DNA of 64,000 nt, from NCBI GenBank assembly GCA_040954595.2, contig CM082586.2, forward strand, positions 10,633,337 through 10,697,336, in the 5' to 3' direction. Made by a program: the position numbers and the translations under genes. The notes below the pieces were generated by a model, which saw only the letters and a list, made by a program, of their open reading frames with translations, made no database searches and was not told the DNA's origin. Of this stretch, positions 25,046-36,778 are shown one piece after another; position 1 is the first letter of the stretch; each line of letters begins with the position of its first letter. Origin of the DNA: Balanoglossus misakiensis. Its lineage: Eukaryota > Animalia > Hemichordata.

Positions 25046-26430
25046 ATGAGAAAAAGCCATCCCTTGTGTACTTCGTGCTTATCACGGGCAAACAATTTGT
25101 TTAAAATCCCTGATTTTGAAATGGTGCAAACATTTCACCAACAAACTAACACACCATTTGCCCTTACTCAAGACAGCCTGATTTGTTTGAAATGTTATAA
25201 AACATTTGTTGCTTTAGCGGAAAAAGCCAGGTGTAGTATTCAACAAGGCTTAATTATGTCGAGTGATATAGCACTTGCTGAAGAAATTAAAAAATATGTC
25301 ACAATGCTACAATAAAGGATGCAGCTGTGACGACGACTTGGTGAATTTTGCATGCTGGAAAACTGTTGTCTTTTTAGGAGAAGTGCTCCTCAGAAAACAT
25401 GCCATTCTATTGTTTGATGTCAGGCAATATTTCAATGATTGTTTAGACAATGAATATCAGACTTTGCGACCCAATGTCAAGTTACAACGAGTGGAATTCC
25501 ACAGAAAACCTAATAGCTGGCTTATTCGGGAATTGCTATGTGTGTATTTTCCAATTCACCTTTCTGTTGTATCAAAAGTGAGTAGAAAGTTCTCCACCTT
25601 TTTGTACCGAACAGGTTCAGATCTCACTATTGCCCTCCAAAATGCACTTGTCGAACATCCTCAGTATGTTGTGCAAGCTGAGAAACAGATAGAGAGGCTT
25701 GAAAAGCAAGTAAGAGACTTGAGTAAAGTTGACGTTGACTTTTTCAAAATGCTTGATTTGGTGGCTGTGAAATTAAATGCCAGCATTTATCAGCAATCTC
25801 AAGAATTCAGTAATTACTGCAAAACAAACAATGTTGATCTGAGTACACTTGATGTTGAATATATTGTCAGTGAGGTTGACCCTATGTTATGGAACACTGT
25901 TGTATATTTAACGTTGAACAACAGTGAACGCAATAAATTAAAAAGCTCCAACTTTGTATGGAATAAACACAACTATGGATTTTATGACCGGCACTCTATG
26001 GAGAGTAGAGCATGATTCCTCAGGCGTTTCTTTTGTGTGTATGCTATTGTTCATTTGTTCTGATCATTGTACTTACCCATTGCATACTTACCTGGCTGAC
26101 ATTGTTGAAGGTTATAGTAAGTCATCTACTCTAGTGAAAATTCTAAATTGATTTGGTATTATTTGTTCTGGAGATACATTGCATAGATACATGTTGGGAG
26201 TGATCAACAAAAGAACATCAGCTGATTTCACAGAGGAAAATATTGCAAATAATGCATTTTGTTTAACTTCCATTGACAATATTGATAAATCAGCTAAATA
26301 TGCAGCTGTTAGAGCTGATCCAAAGGACAGAGGTTTCCACGGTACTTCTTATCGAATGGTCCAACCAAAATCAAAGTCAATTCTGAACAGTATTGATGAT
26401 ATTGTTTTTGGCAGTCATGACAAACATTCA
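25046..26430 (+). pseudogene. Academ polyprotein N-terminal part: CxxC..CxxC Zn-finger, helical region, first catalytic Asp motif
   Basis: LCTSC...LICLKCY; YPLHTYLADIVE..SSTLVKILN*FGI; SIDNID...FHGTSYRMVQP. Broken by frameshifts and stops. Confidence 0.7.
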
Positions 26431-26439
26431 ACTGTCAAA

Positions 26440-26780
26440 GATTTTCAGCTAATCAACATTTATGGTGATGGAAGGTGCTTTTTCAGGAGCATCTCTGTGA
26501 GAAATGATTTTGCATTACGAAATTGTGATCGTCTACTTAATGGACTCCCTTCTGACCCAATTTTAGCTGACCGAGAGAAAATATTCACAGACAAGTTAAG
26601 AGCAGATACAGTAGACATAATGCGTGCCAATCATATATACTTTGAAGGACATATATACACCAAGCAGAATGATATATTTGCAAGAGGTGATGGTGATGTG
26701 TTCTCCAAGACTGAGCCTGTCTGTCTCTTGTACACACCAGACAGGCCAGGTCAACCAGGCCATTATGATTTGCTTCTTAA
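26440..26780 (+). pseudogene. OTU-like cysteine protease domain, in frame within the transposase ORF
   Basis: INIYGDGRCFFRSIS (Cys box) ... LRADTVDIM ... VCLLY..GHYDLLL (His box) in ORF 26179-27120. Confidence 0.75.
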
Positions 26781-27045
26781 CAGGCAGTTAATTAAAAGAA
26801 AAGATAGTCTGGTGAGTGAAAATGCAAAGAATTCATTTGAACGGTGTCAGGAATTAAACAGTGGCTTTTGTTCACAAAATACAGTAGACTCTGAAATGAA
26901 TAAAATGTTGGCCAATTTTCCTTGTGGAAATAATACTAAAATCATGGTTGACAGATCTATCTCAAAAAATACTGGTACAGGTTTGAGTGCACCTGTGAGT
27001 AAAGCCTGTACATTTACGGAGAAAAAATTCAATGATACTGTTCAT

Positions 27046-28759
27046 TTTTTTTTTTTTTTTTATTTCCATTCATTTAATCTTACATGTATCATAAAGATAA
27101 ATCGTGTTTTGATGAAATAAATAAATAAATAAATAAATAAAAAATAATACTATATAAAAAGAGATTCACCAGGTACATTTGTTTAACAAAATAATTACAT
27201 CTCAGACGGAAGCAAGGATTTTCTTCCAATAATGGGTGAAATCTAGATTATTATTCCTTTTGAGTATTTGGTGCATAAATTGTAGATATCTGTAAAATAT
27301 ATCGAAATTGGTTTTTGCTCTAATGCTGTTAATATCATGTTGTAAATGGACCCATGAAGCGAATACACAATACTTTGCAATGGTAATGACAATGTTTACA
27401 AATCTATAAAGAGGATGACTGTACATAGTTTTGTAACCAAGAATAATAGTTTCTAAGTCGACCTCATGACATATGCCAAGTTTGCTGAGCAAAGCAGATA
27501 AACGCTGCCAAAAATCCCCTAAACGTTGACATTTTAAAAATAGATGCTCATAAGAATCAGTTACATTTCAAAGACAACATAGATCATTTTTACTAATTTT
27601 CCATCTTAAAAGATTGATGCCACATGGCAAAATGTTATGCATAATCTTAAAGTTAAATTCAGCAAGTTTCCTATCACAACACAATCCAGTCGTTTGGTTA
27701 ACCCATATAGTTCTCCACTGTAGTGGAGTAGTCATGGTCAAACGACGATTCCATGTATTTTCACAATATGGACGAATAAAACGATTTTGCACAAAAATAC
27801 TGTACAAAATTTTGAAGTAAGGCGAGACAGATCATTAGGTAAAACAAAAACTTTTCCATTGACATGAAGAAAATTCTTTTCTCTACGCATCTGATGCAAC
27901 TGAGTACCTTTCAACACAGACTTCCATTCTCTGGGAATAAGATTCCGCAACTTCATCCATTCAACTATCCAATTTGACTTATTCTCGAGTTTTTGTAACA
28001 ACAGTGTAGGTGGAAGAAAATCGCCGTTGGTATCGACAATGTCCTGGACATAGATAATATTTGAGTGAATCCAACCAGGGAAAAAAAGAGTCTTACCATT
28101 ATCTGAAATGTTGACATTACCCCAGATAATTTGATTACGCACATCTAAATTACTGAGTTTGGAGAAAGTGACGCAACCACCTTTTGCACTATGCCAAGCT
28201 GAAATTACTTGTTTATAGAAAAAGGGAATTCTCTCGAGAAATGGGAAACAGGAAATGTTGCTAAAATTGAAATGAAAAATAAGAAAATCTGGACCATAGT
28301 GCCCGAGCCAATGCAGTGGCAAGGCCTTCCATTTGGCAGAGGAATTGTCACATAATCTACGAACCCATGATGAACAAAAGGCGTCATGGATGGCAAAAAT
28401 GTCAGGCATGTTTAGTCCCCCGCAATCATAAGGGGCAATGAGTGTGAGCCTTTTGATTTTGTCTGGCTTGTCATTCCACAGAAATTTGAAAATAAGACGG
28501 TTGATATTCGTGAGCCACGTTTCAAAAGCACCAAGATTAAGCATAAGGTAGTAAATTGTGGGCAGTGCCAAAGACTTTAAAACCGTAATTTTGCCATAAA
28601 GGCTCAGCTTACGTCGTGACCAGATGTTGAGCACGCTTTTAAGCCTTTCAATTTTCTTTTCCCATTTCAAAAGTAGACATTTCAGTCGATCGTATCCAAA
28701 GAAAACCCCAAGGGATTTTATAGGCTGTTGCTCCCACATAAAACCCCCAGGTTTATCAT
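27046..28759 (-). mobile_element. 5'-truncated L1/Tx1-clade LINE (ORF2 C-terminus, 3'UTR, poly-A)
   Basis: IKSLGVFF..WSRRKLSLYGKITVLKSLALP..FLWNDKPDKIKR..GGLNMPD, then zf-RVT-like FKIMHNILPC..CCL..EHLFLKC. AATAAA and poly-A lie on the minus strand. A 14-bp TSD ATGATACTGTTCAT is at 27032-27045 and 28760-28773. Confidence 0.92.
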
Positions 28760-29286
28760 ATGATACTGTTCATGATGATGTAGTATTTAATTAAACCACC
28801 TCTACTGAGACAACATCAACCACAGTCATCAATTTCGCTGTCAGATTTTGACATTAAACAAGAAGAAGCCATTGCTTGGTCAGAACTGTTTTCTGACGCA
28901 TTCATTTTTGCTCTACAAAAAATACAATGCACAGAGCTGATATAGAAACAGTATTTGGGGATTTTAAATCAACATTAGCAACAACTGCTAACAGTAATGA
29001 CAGTGAATGCTCAAATGTCATTTATTTGGGCATATCAAGTGAACACGCAGACTCTATTGAAACTGTCCATAACATTATCAATAAGCTGTATATGTTACAT
29101 TCAGAGTTGGTGTAAGAATAAAATACCTGGTTGTGGTTGGTGATGGGAAAACTTTCCATCACCTGATAAAGTTAAAAGACATGTATGGTGCAGATTTAGA
29201 CTGGTTGCAGCCTTTTATCGGAGACTGGCATACTCTAAAAAATTACCAACCAGTCATCATGAAAATATTCTGGGATGCTGACTTAA

Positions 29287-30082
29287 GATGGGTCCCTGGG
29301 ATCTTTTTGCTCGTTGCTATGGGCCTTTATAGGACATTACACCCCGATTTGGACTAAGCCGTTTTCAGAGTCTAACAAGGGGCTGGTAACTAGTTGAAAA
29401 TCTGCACGATTGTGTGCACACCCCATGTCCGAGTATGTTTACGGCAGCTACCGCCCGGCCATAGGCCGCCACGCTAATACGGCAAAGCAGCGGTCAGCGA
29501 TAGCGTGCGCGTCCTGTAACCACAGTAACTGGATCGAACGCTAAAAATCCAATGTTTTGTACACAGAGATTTTGTACCGTTCACGAAAATCCCTAAGGCT
29601 TTTTTCATAGGCCACGTACGCCAGTCAAATTTGACCTGCTTGTTGAGAACGTACTTCCGCACAGTGTGACGGATCGTTTTTTTCTGTTTTCGTCGTGCTA
29701 AGAAGCGATACCGGTGGAAGAGTGCGTCCAAAAACACCCAAAATCGATGACTTTTTCAGATGTGGTACGGGTATGCTGAAATCGTAGGATACAACGATAA
29801 TATTCGAAAACAAAATCCGTCACGATCTTCCCTGGTTCAAGCAACTAATGAATACGTATCAAGTTCGTTTTTGAGGTCACGGAATAAAAAGCCTTAGGCT
29901 TTTGAAATTTGACCTAGCTAATTTGCATATCAATGGCGTCAGGGGGCGCGCGCTCACAATCGTGCAGATTTTCAACTAGTTACCAGCCCCTTGTTAGACT
30001 CTGAAAACGGCTTAGTCCAAATCGGGGTGTAATGTCCTATAAAGGCCCATAGCAACGAGCAAAAAGATCCTAGGGACCCATC
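29287..30082. mobile_element. Young Kolobok-like non-autonomous element (796 bp, 128-bp TIRs)
   Basis: TTAA TSD and GA...TC ends. TIRs 29287-29414 and 29955-30082 differ by about one base. Removing it rejoins the host frame WDADL|KHLAGFNHKG. Confidence 0.9.
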
Positions 30083-30416
30083 TTAAAACATCTGGCAGGG
30101 TTCAATCATAAAGGGGGAACTTCGGAAACCCTAGTTCAGTGTACAAATTTCAAGCTAACTCATCGCTTCCCAACACAAATTTGGGAACGTATGTTTAGAT
30201 GTCTTGTCAATTCCTTTTTGAATCAGAGGGGTGAAACCCATAATACCCAGCACTGTCCCTTAGATACAGAAACAGTCCAAAAATGTTTACTAGAAGCTGT
30301 CACAAAATGTTTGGAATGTACTGAAGATAAAGCTGATCATATTGACAAAATTAATGGTGACCTTAAGGCTCAACTTACTGGCTTGCAAGAGGAATTTCAG
30401 ATTTTTTGTGACAGAA

Positions 30417-31031
30417 CATAGTACGATATTTTACCCACAAGTCTCCGTTATTTGTATCATCGAAGGTTGCCCATTTAATAACTTTTTCTGTTTTAGATAC
30501 TAACAATGATATGAAGTACATATAAATCTATTTATTTTTATCTAGGAAAAGTACGTTGAGGAATTAGAATGTAAATTTCAAAATCAAAATTTAAAAGCCA
30601 TAGAAATCAAAGTATCAATGTACTGCAAATGTCACACTTTAGGGGAAACAAGCAATGACTAACTGAGGTGGCCAGTCTCTGTTGAAAGTTAACATGTAAA
30701 TTTCCATTGTTCTGTCAATAGAAAAAATCAATATCTTTTTGTTTGATTAAACAGGTTTTACAAGTGACCCTGTTTTACTCCAAACTTTTTTGTATGGCTG
30801 GCTATGCAATTGCTTGATTATTTTATAAAATTCGTATCTCCTCTCTCAATAATGCATAATTTTCTAAATCATTTGAAATGGTAATTGACAATAAGATTCA
30901 CCTTAAAAGTAAGATCTCAAAATTTATATTAGTGGTGTACAATTCTCTCTACACATGTTAACTTTGCCTGGTTTGACTGAGTAAATGATTGTACAAATCA
31001 GAATGAATCATGGGATATTTCACGTACTGTG
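30417..31031. mobile_element. Transib-like MITE (615 bp)
   Basis: 5-bp TSD CAGAA (30412-30416, 31032-31036). Ends are CATAGTACG.. and ..CGTACTGTG. Removing it rejoins FCDR|RANTDKTFKFW in frame. Confidence 0.8.
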
Positions 31032-31617
31032 CAGAAGGGCAAATACAGACAAAACTTTCAAATTTTGGGTTAGATTTATAGAGGACGATTTGTTTGCATA
31101 CATGTCTTTGTACATTGCAATAAGGTCAGGAAATTGGAACCTTCGAATATTGGCTTTGAAACAAATGAACCCACTGTTCCATGCATATGACCGATCCCTG
31201 TACTTGAGGTTAATTCCCAGACATCTCGCTGACCTTCTGAAGATGCCAAACTCTCTGTTGTTACATTTCAAAGCAGGTGGTTTTGTTTGCAATTTGTCAG
31301 GCTCAACTTGGGTTAATGTAGCACTAGATGAAGCCCATGAAATGTGTGTCAATAAAGATGTTAAAGCTGCATTGCATACTTCTACAGGTGGGTTAATGGA
31401 GAGAATAGCAATTTATTTACCCTATAGAGCTATGGCTGCCAAGAATCTAAAAGATCAGTTATTTCCTTTCCAAAATGAAACCCATAATTCAGTTAGCGTA
31501 CATAAAATAAATGAGTCAAACTGCAGGTTGTATATCAATTGTCTTGAAGGTGCTGATGTATTTTCACCACTTAATACCGCCAGGGAGCTAACTAATATAT
31601 TTTCAGATGACACAGCG

Positions 31618-32690
31618 AAAAATAGCGTCAAGGACACTGTGGTCCCATTTGAGGATTATGTAGAAACAGTGACACACCAGAATAAAAATTACAGGTGACA
31701 TTGCAAGCAGATATGATCTTACGATATAGAAATATGGAATGTAAAAACATTAACAAGGAACATGCCCAAAAATTGACCAAAAATTGTCTGTACAAACACA
31801 TATGAGAAGCAACTTCTTTCAGTCAGCCCTGGAACAGACAGACAGACAGACACACACACACACACACACACACACTGACCTGCCACTGGTAATTAAAAAT
31901 TTAATAGCCCATGGTCTCTCTGACAGCTGGCTTATTGAAGTTATGTAAACATGTCTAAGTTGGGGGTAACGACTCCTTGTAAACAGTAACTTTCAAAACA
32001 ACTGGATAATTGGTTAAGGAGAAGATTTGCTAACCAAAAACAAAGAAACTTTCATAAAAACTCGCTAAATATTGAATATTTCTGATATCAGAATTGAATA
32101 AAAGTTGCACATATACATGTATGTGTTATGAAATTATATCCCAAATTTCAAAGCAATCAGAGAAAAAACAAATTTCAAAGCAATCAACAAGCAGTTTCAC
32201 AAAAGATATTTGTTCAAAAGTGGCAAAAACACAAAATTGTACAATACCTTACCTCAATCACTACAAGGAACATGCTGCCAAAGTTCTATGCAATATGACA
32301 AACAGTTTCAGGAAAACAATTTTTGACAAAAATTGCAAAAGTTTCCCCGATAACACATTTATGAAAATATCACATTTTTTACAACATATTACTTGACTTA
32401 CACCTACGAACATGCCTACCAAATTGCAAAGCAATCTGGCATGCGGTTTTAAAGAAAAATAAATTGACCAAAAATGGCAAATATTGCTCAAAATTATAAA
32501 TATGCAAATTTTGCAACAATTTGAACAAAACTATGGTTACTCAGACAACCATTAGGAAGCTTCATGCTAAATTTCAAAGAAGTAAGCCCATCACTTTCAG
32601 AAATGAAGACTTTTTACTAATAACATGGAAAAATACAAAAAAATGCATAAAAAATAGGTAATCAATAATATTAGCTCAAAACATACATCA
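31618..32690 (-). mobile_element. Helentron-associated (HINE/DINE-like) non-autonomous insertion(s)
   Basis: End motif AAAAATAGCGTCAAGGACAC is also at ~36946 and, reverse-complemented with one mismatch, at ~35826-35846. An (ACAG)n(AC)n microsatellite is at 31835-31875. The head resembles 51920-51985. It interrupts the Academ ORF. Confidence 0.6.
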
Positions 32691-32694
32691 ATTG

Positions 32695-34113
32695 TAAGCC
32701 AAACAAGAGAAAACTAGTGAACTTCTTGTCAGCCACATCTTTAAAAATAATTGTGCCGGCTCTGCAAGGTGATCAGGTCCTCATTACAGCAGGTGGCTTT
32801 GATGGAGAAAATAGGGACAAGAATCTTTTCGTTGGTAGTAATGGAATTGTGTCTGAGTGGGAAGCCAAAAGTTGTCATGAAGAAGCTGACAGTAGATGCA
32901 TCCTTCATGCAGTTCAGTCCTCTTACAAGAAAGGTGTTATTTACTCCCCTGATACTGATACTTATCATGTTCTCCTCCCAGTACTATATCAACATGTTCA
33001 AAAGGAGATATTTGTACAACTTGATAATGATTTATCAAATCTCACTTATTTAGACATGAATCAATTCAAATCAGATTTAAATTTAGACCCTGATTTGCAA
33101 CATATTCCCCTCCAATATTTAGGCAAAATATTTCAAACACTGTTCATATGCACAGGTTGTGACTATACTTTGCAGGCATCGGAAGGAAATCTTTCTACAA
33201 GACATTTTTTCAATACTCTGAATTTATAACTAGTGGCACCCTTATACCTGGAACACTGATAGACACAACAGTAGACAGTGTAGGGAATGGAATTTTCGCT
33301 TTCATACGTTTAAAAGGTAGTGTTTATGTTAAGAAACATTTCCAAGCATTTGATGCATCTCATCCTTTTGAACTTTATCGACAAGTAGCCAGTGTCACTA
33401 ACAGTCTTAAAGATAACCACATCAAATGGCTTACATATATACGAGAAACAATTTGCCCACGTATCCAGTATGAGGAAGAATGTATCCCTTCCTTTGAAGC
33501 CCTACAACTGCACTGGAAAAGATCATGCTGGGTCTCTCAGTTATGGTCCCAGGCCGATCAGTGCCATGTTACGTTTCCCTTATTCAATAATTATGGATAC
33601 AGACTAAGCAACGGCGAACTTGATATTATTTAGGACAGTGATGCCAATTTAGAAAAAGTGAAAAATAATTTGGAGTTGCTAACAAAAGGGTGTGGCTGCA
33701 AAAAGATGCCAACTTGTAATAGCAGATGTTGTAAATGTTATAAGACCCACAATGGTTGTGGCCCTGCGTGTCGATGTAATGACTGCAGTAATCCACATAA
33801 TGGGAATCCTGGATTCTGTACCACATCGAAAAAGTATGGGGTATGCCCAAAATATACAGATAAGTCACCACTATTAGAATCACCATCACCAATCACTGAT
33901 ACTGAACATCATAATATGGAAAATAGCATTGATGCAATTTTACAGGAGTCACATGAATTTGACATTTTAAGAGAAGAAGAGGGAAATATTTACGAGACTG
34001 ATTCTGACTTTGACGAACTGACTGATGAATATAACTGGACGGAAGAAAAACAAACTGATTATTCAAAGAATGGTGATTGTGATTCCAATGATGGTGACTG
34101 TGATGACATTTAA
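32695..34113 (+). pseudogene. Academ XPG/FEN-like nuclease, C-terminal Cys-rich (CXC/Cys8) domain and acidic tail
   Basis: CHEEADSRCILHA..VIYSPDTD..LFICTGCDY; LQLHWKRSCWVSQLWSQA; KGCGCKK..CNSRCCKCYK..CGPACRCNDCSN; stop at 34113. Confidence 0.85.
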
Positions 34114-34269
34114 TGAATCATCAAAGAAATTGATTTGGTCTTTTGGGGGTTGCAGCCCTGTTGTGGTTTCAGTCATACCTTTTCAATCGCACCCAGTGTG
34201 TATGTGTTAATTTCAGACATGGTTACTATAACCGTGTTCCAAACAATCACCATTTTATCCGCTTGACAC

Positions 34270-34980
34270 TGCGGTAACACAACGATCACTTCTTTGTCCT
34301 CTACTTTTTAATATGTACACTTCTCCATTAGGGAAATTAGTTTCTAGTCATGGATGCCTGTATATAGCTTTTATGCAGATGGCTCTTCATTGTCTTTTAC
34401 CAACGAGAATGCTCCCAGAATGCTTTATGCGGTACTGGATGTCTGAAAATGTCTTGTGTTTAAATAACGATAAGACTGAATTTGTTATTTTTTCTGCTAC
34501 TTCGGGTAATCTATCTGCCAGAGGGATTACAGAAATTCATGTGATGCTCTGAAACCTGTTCATTGTCTGACAATGATTGCACAGATCTGCCATTCAGTCG
34601 CTTTTCATTTGCAGCATATTGCACTTGTCTGTAAATATTTATCTCAAGCCGCCACAGAGCAATAAAGTTCCTGCTTTTGTTGCATTTCGAATAGATTTGT
34701 GTAATTCACTTTTATTTGGGCTCCCTAAGTACGAGATCAGTCGTATTCAAGTTCAAAATATTGCTGCTAGTTCCAAAATCACCTTTTACATCAATGCAAT
34801 TTCAGTTGCATTGGTTACCTGTGTCTGATCGTATTGTTTTCAAGATGTTATTTCTTATTTTTGAATTCATTCATAGACTTGGACCATCATATCTGTCTGA
34901 TATGATCAAATTATATGTTCCAAATCGAAACTTGAAGTCAGCTGATCAGCTCAAACTCTGTCATGTTCAGCCCAATGCAA
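34270..34980 (+). mobile_element. Old L2/CR1-group LINE RT fragment
   Basis: LFNMYTSPLG..WMSENVLCLNNDKTEF; RIDLCNSLLFGLPK; LHWLPVSDRIVFK..GPSYLSD, spread over several frames. Confidence 0.8.
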
Positions 34981-35934
34981 TGATGACAACAAAAGTCAAA
35001 ACAAAATTGCTTGCCTTCAGACACAAATATTTATTGCACATATCATCAGCGAATAAAGGGAAATGGTTTCGAAGTTACAGTTGGCATTTTGCATATTCGA
35101 AACATCTACTTATATCCCAGGCCATGATACGGAGAAAAAAAAATACACCAGCTGTGCTCCTCACACGTACGTAGTCATGTATGGTAAACCTGGCATTCTG
35201 TCCATATGGGACCTACATTTGTAGGCGATTGATCGATGTTGTGTCGAAATCAGGCCAGTAATTAAGTTAAAACTTGGCTAATATATTACCTTAGGGTGTT
35301 ATCCATTATCCAGTAACTGTTTTACTTAAGAATTGCCTTTCAAAGACTGTTTCCCCATGGTAAACTTATCGTTTCACGATCAATGCAACACTTCCTGTTA
35401 CGCAAGCATTTCAAATTAATTTCTTTTCACGGATGTTGGGACCGATATTAGACCTCTCTATCAGGAAAGTTTGGTTACTTTCTGAGGTCGTTTTCAAATG
35501 ATTTTTGACACGTTTGTGGACGTCTCTTTCGGGGTCACCAACATACCACCGAAAACACGTTAAAAACTTTTACTATTACCACAGATTTTCATAAAATTTA
35601 CGTATGCAGTGAAAAATGGGAATCACTTTCGTAATTTATCCAGCTAACATGGTATTTTATTGCACAACAGAGCGTAAAAATCAAGTTGAAAATCACCTTG
35701 AAAACTGGCCTATTGCCGTCTGTTTGAAAGTTAACGGTCGCTCGCTTGATGAACTTTCATATGCAAATGAGCACCGTGCGATCTGACTGTGTATATGTAC
35801 TCCGTGTAGACTGAATGGGACCACTGTGTCCTTGACGCAATTTTTTACACTTATCAGGTATATGTTGACTAACACAAGCCAAAATATCACCAACTCATCT
35901 GAGAAATCTTATCCCAGGTCCTAAGGTTGTGAGA

Positions 35935-36341
35935 TTAATAGAATCTCACACTCCCAAGGACTAGGGGTCATAATTCTGACATGAGTTGGGGATTTTATGT
36001 CCCACACAAGCCGCAGGCGAGTGTGGGACAAAATATCCCTGACGAGTGTGGGAAATATGATCATAGGTCCTTTGTGTATGAGATTATATTTCTCACACGG
36101 GCACAAATTAGCTAAATTCGTCTTAAAACATTGAATAAATGACTCTTGAATTGTCATCTGGCATGTAGTTTCTTTATCGTGTCATTGGATAACATTTAGC
36201 GCACGTTATTAAAAAACGCTTTGTCATCCAATCGGCGCTCGCGTCATATACAGCTTTCGATTCAGTGAGTGTGTGGGATTGATTTGTTCTCACACTCTGA
36301 TCCCACACTCTCAGCATGCCAGGAGTGTGAGAATCTATTAA
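35935..36341. mobile_element. Non-autonomous element with 20-bp TIRs and an internal GC hairpin
   Basis: TTAATAGAATCTCACACTCC and GGAGTGTGAGAATCTATTAA match at 19/20. Internal hairpin GTCCCACAC..GCCGCAGGC..GTGTGGGAC. Confidence 0.7.
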
Positions 36342-36658
36342 GATCTACGAGTTTGAAATCTTAGGTGAAGATTTTATCAATTTCACTGCCAACCATGTAG
36401 GGCATACTGGGATATGTGTACATGCCAAAGCACAAACAGTTATGACCTGACAGCTCAGTTTGTAGATCATTTCTACAAATCCACAAAGAAACTCAAAGTT
36501 TAGAAAAGTCAGGCCTGTTAGAAATATTATAAATATCACTGTTAATACTAATTTCAAAGCCATGTGAATTTGTTCACTTTATGGAAATTTTTAAAGGAAG
36601 GGAGGATTGGTATTGACTTGAATAATTACAACGGATGTTTTTTTCTCTCTATTTTCAG

Positions 36659-36778
36659 ATGTGAATGAGTGTTCAGATTCTGTTTGTGCTGGAGGTTTTC
36701 TCAATGCAGAGGGTGGATTCAGCTGTAGTTGTGGTGATGATGGTTTCTCTCTGAGTGCAGAGCATGTCAATTGTTTAG
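36659..36778 (+). pseudogene. cbEGF exon 3 (third Cys replaced by Phe)
   Basis: attttcag|DVNECSDSVCAGGFLNAEGGFSCSCGDDGFSLSAEHVNCL|gtaag, phase 1-1. Confidence 0.85.

Larger units (their letters stand above)
28927..31617 (+). pseudogene. Academ transposase catalytic core, second part (interrupted by two MITEs)
   Basis: SNVIYLGI..ADSIET; VVGDGKTF..YGADLDWLQPFIGDWH; FKFWVRFI..LYIAIRSGNW.LR..FHAYDR..Y; VALDEAHEMCVNKDVK. Confidence 0.75.
24815..35789 (+). mobile_element. Academ (AcademX-type) DNA transposon, both termini present, internally decayed
   Basis: TIR CAGTCAGATCGCACGGTACTCATTAACATATG (24815-24846) matches the RC of 35758-35789 at 29/32. The 4-bp TSD TGTA lies at 24811-24814 and 35790-35793, and the ends are 5'-CA..TG-3'. 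Coding remnants show transposase, XPG-like nuclease and a Cys-rich tail. Confidence 0.85.

Noticed and set aside
31618-35846. Inverted GCGTCAAGGACAC..GTGGTCCCATT pair as TIRs of a large element
   Set aside because: A third copy lies at ~36946, I saw no TSD, and the pair would straddle the well-supported Academ right end. They are better explained as independent repeat termini.
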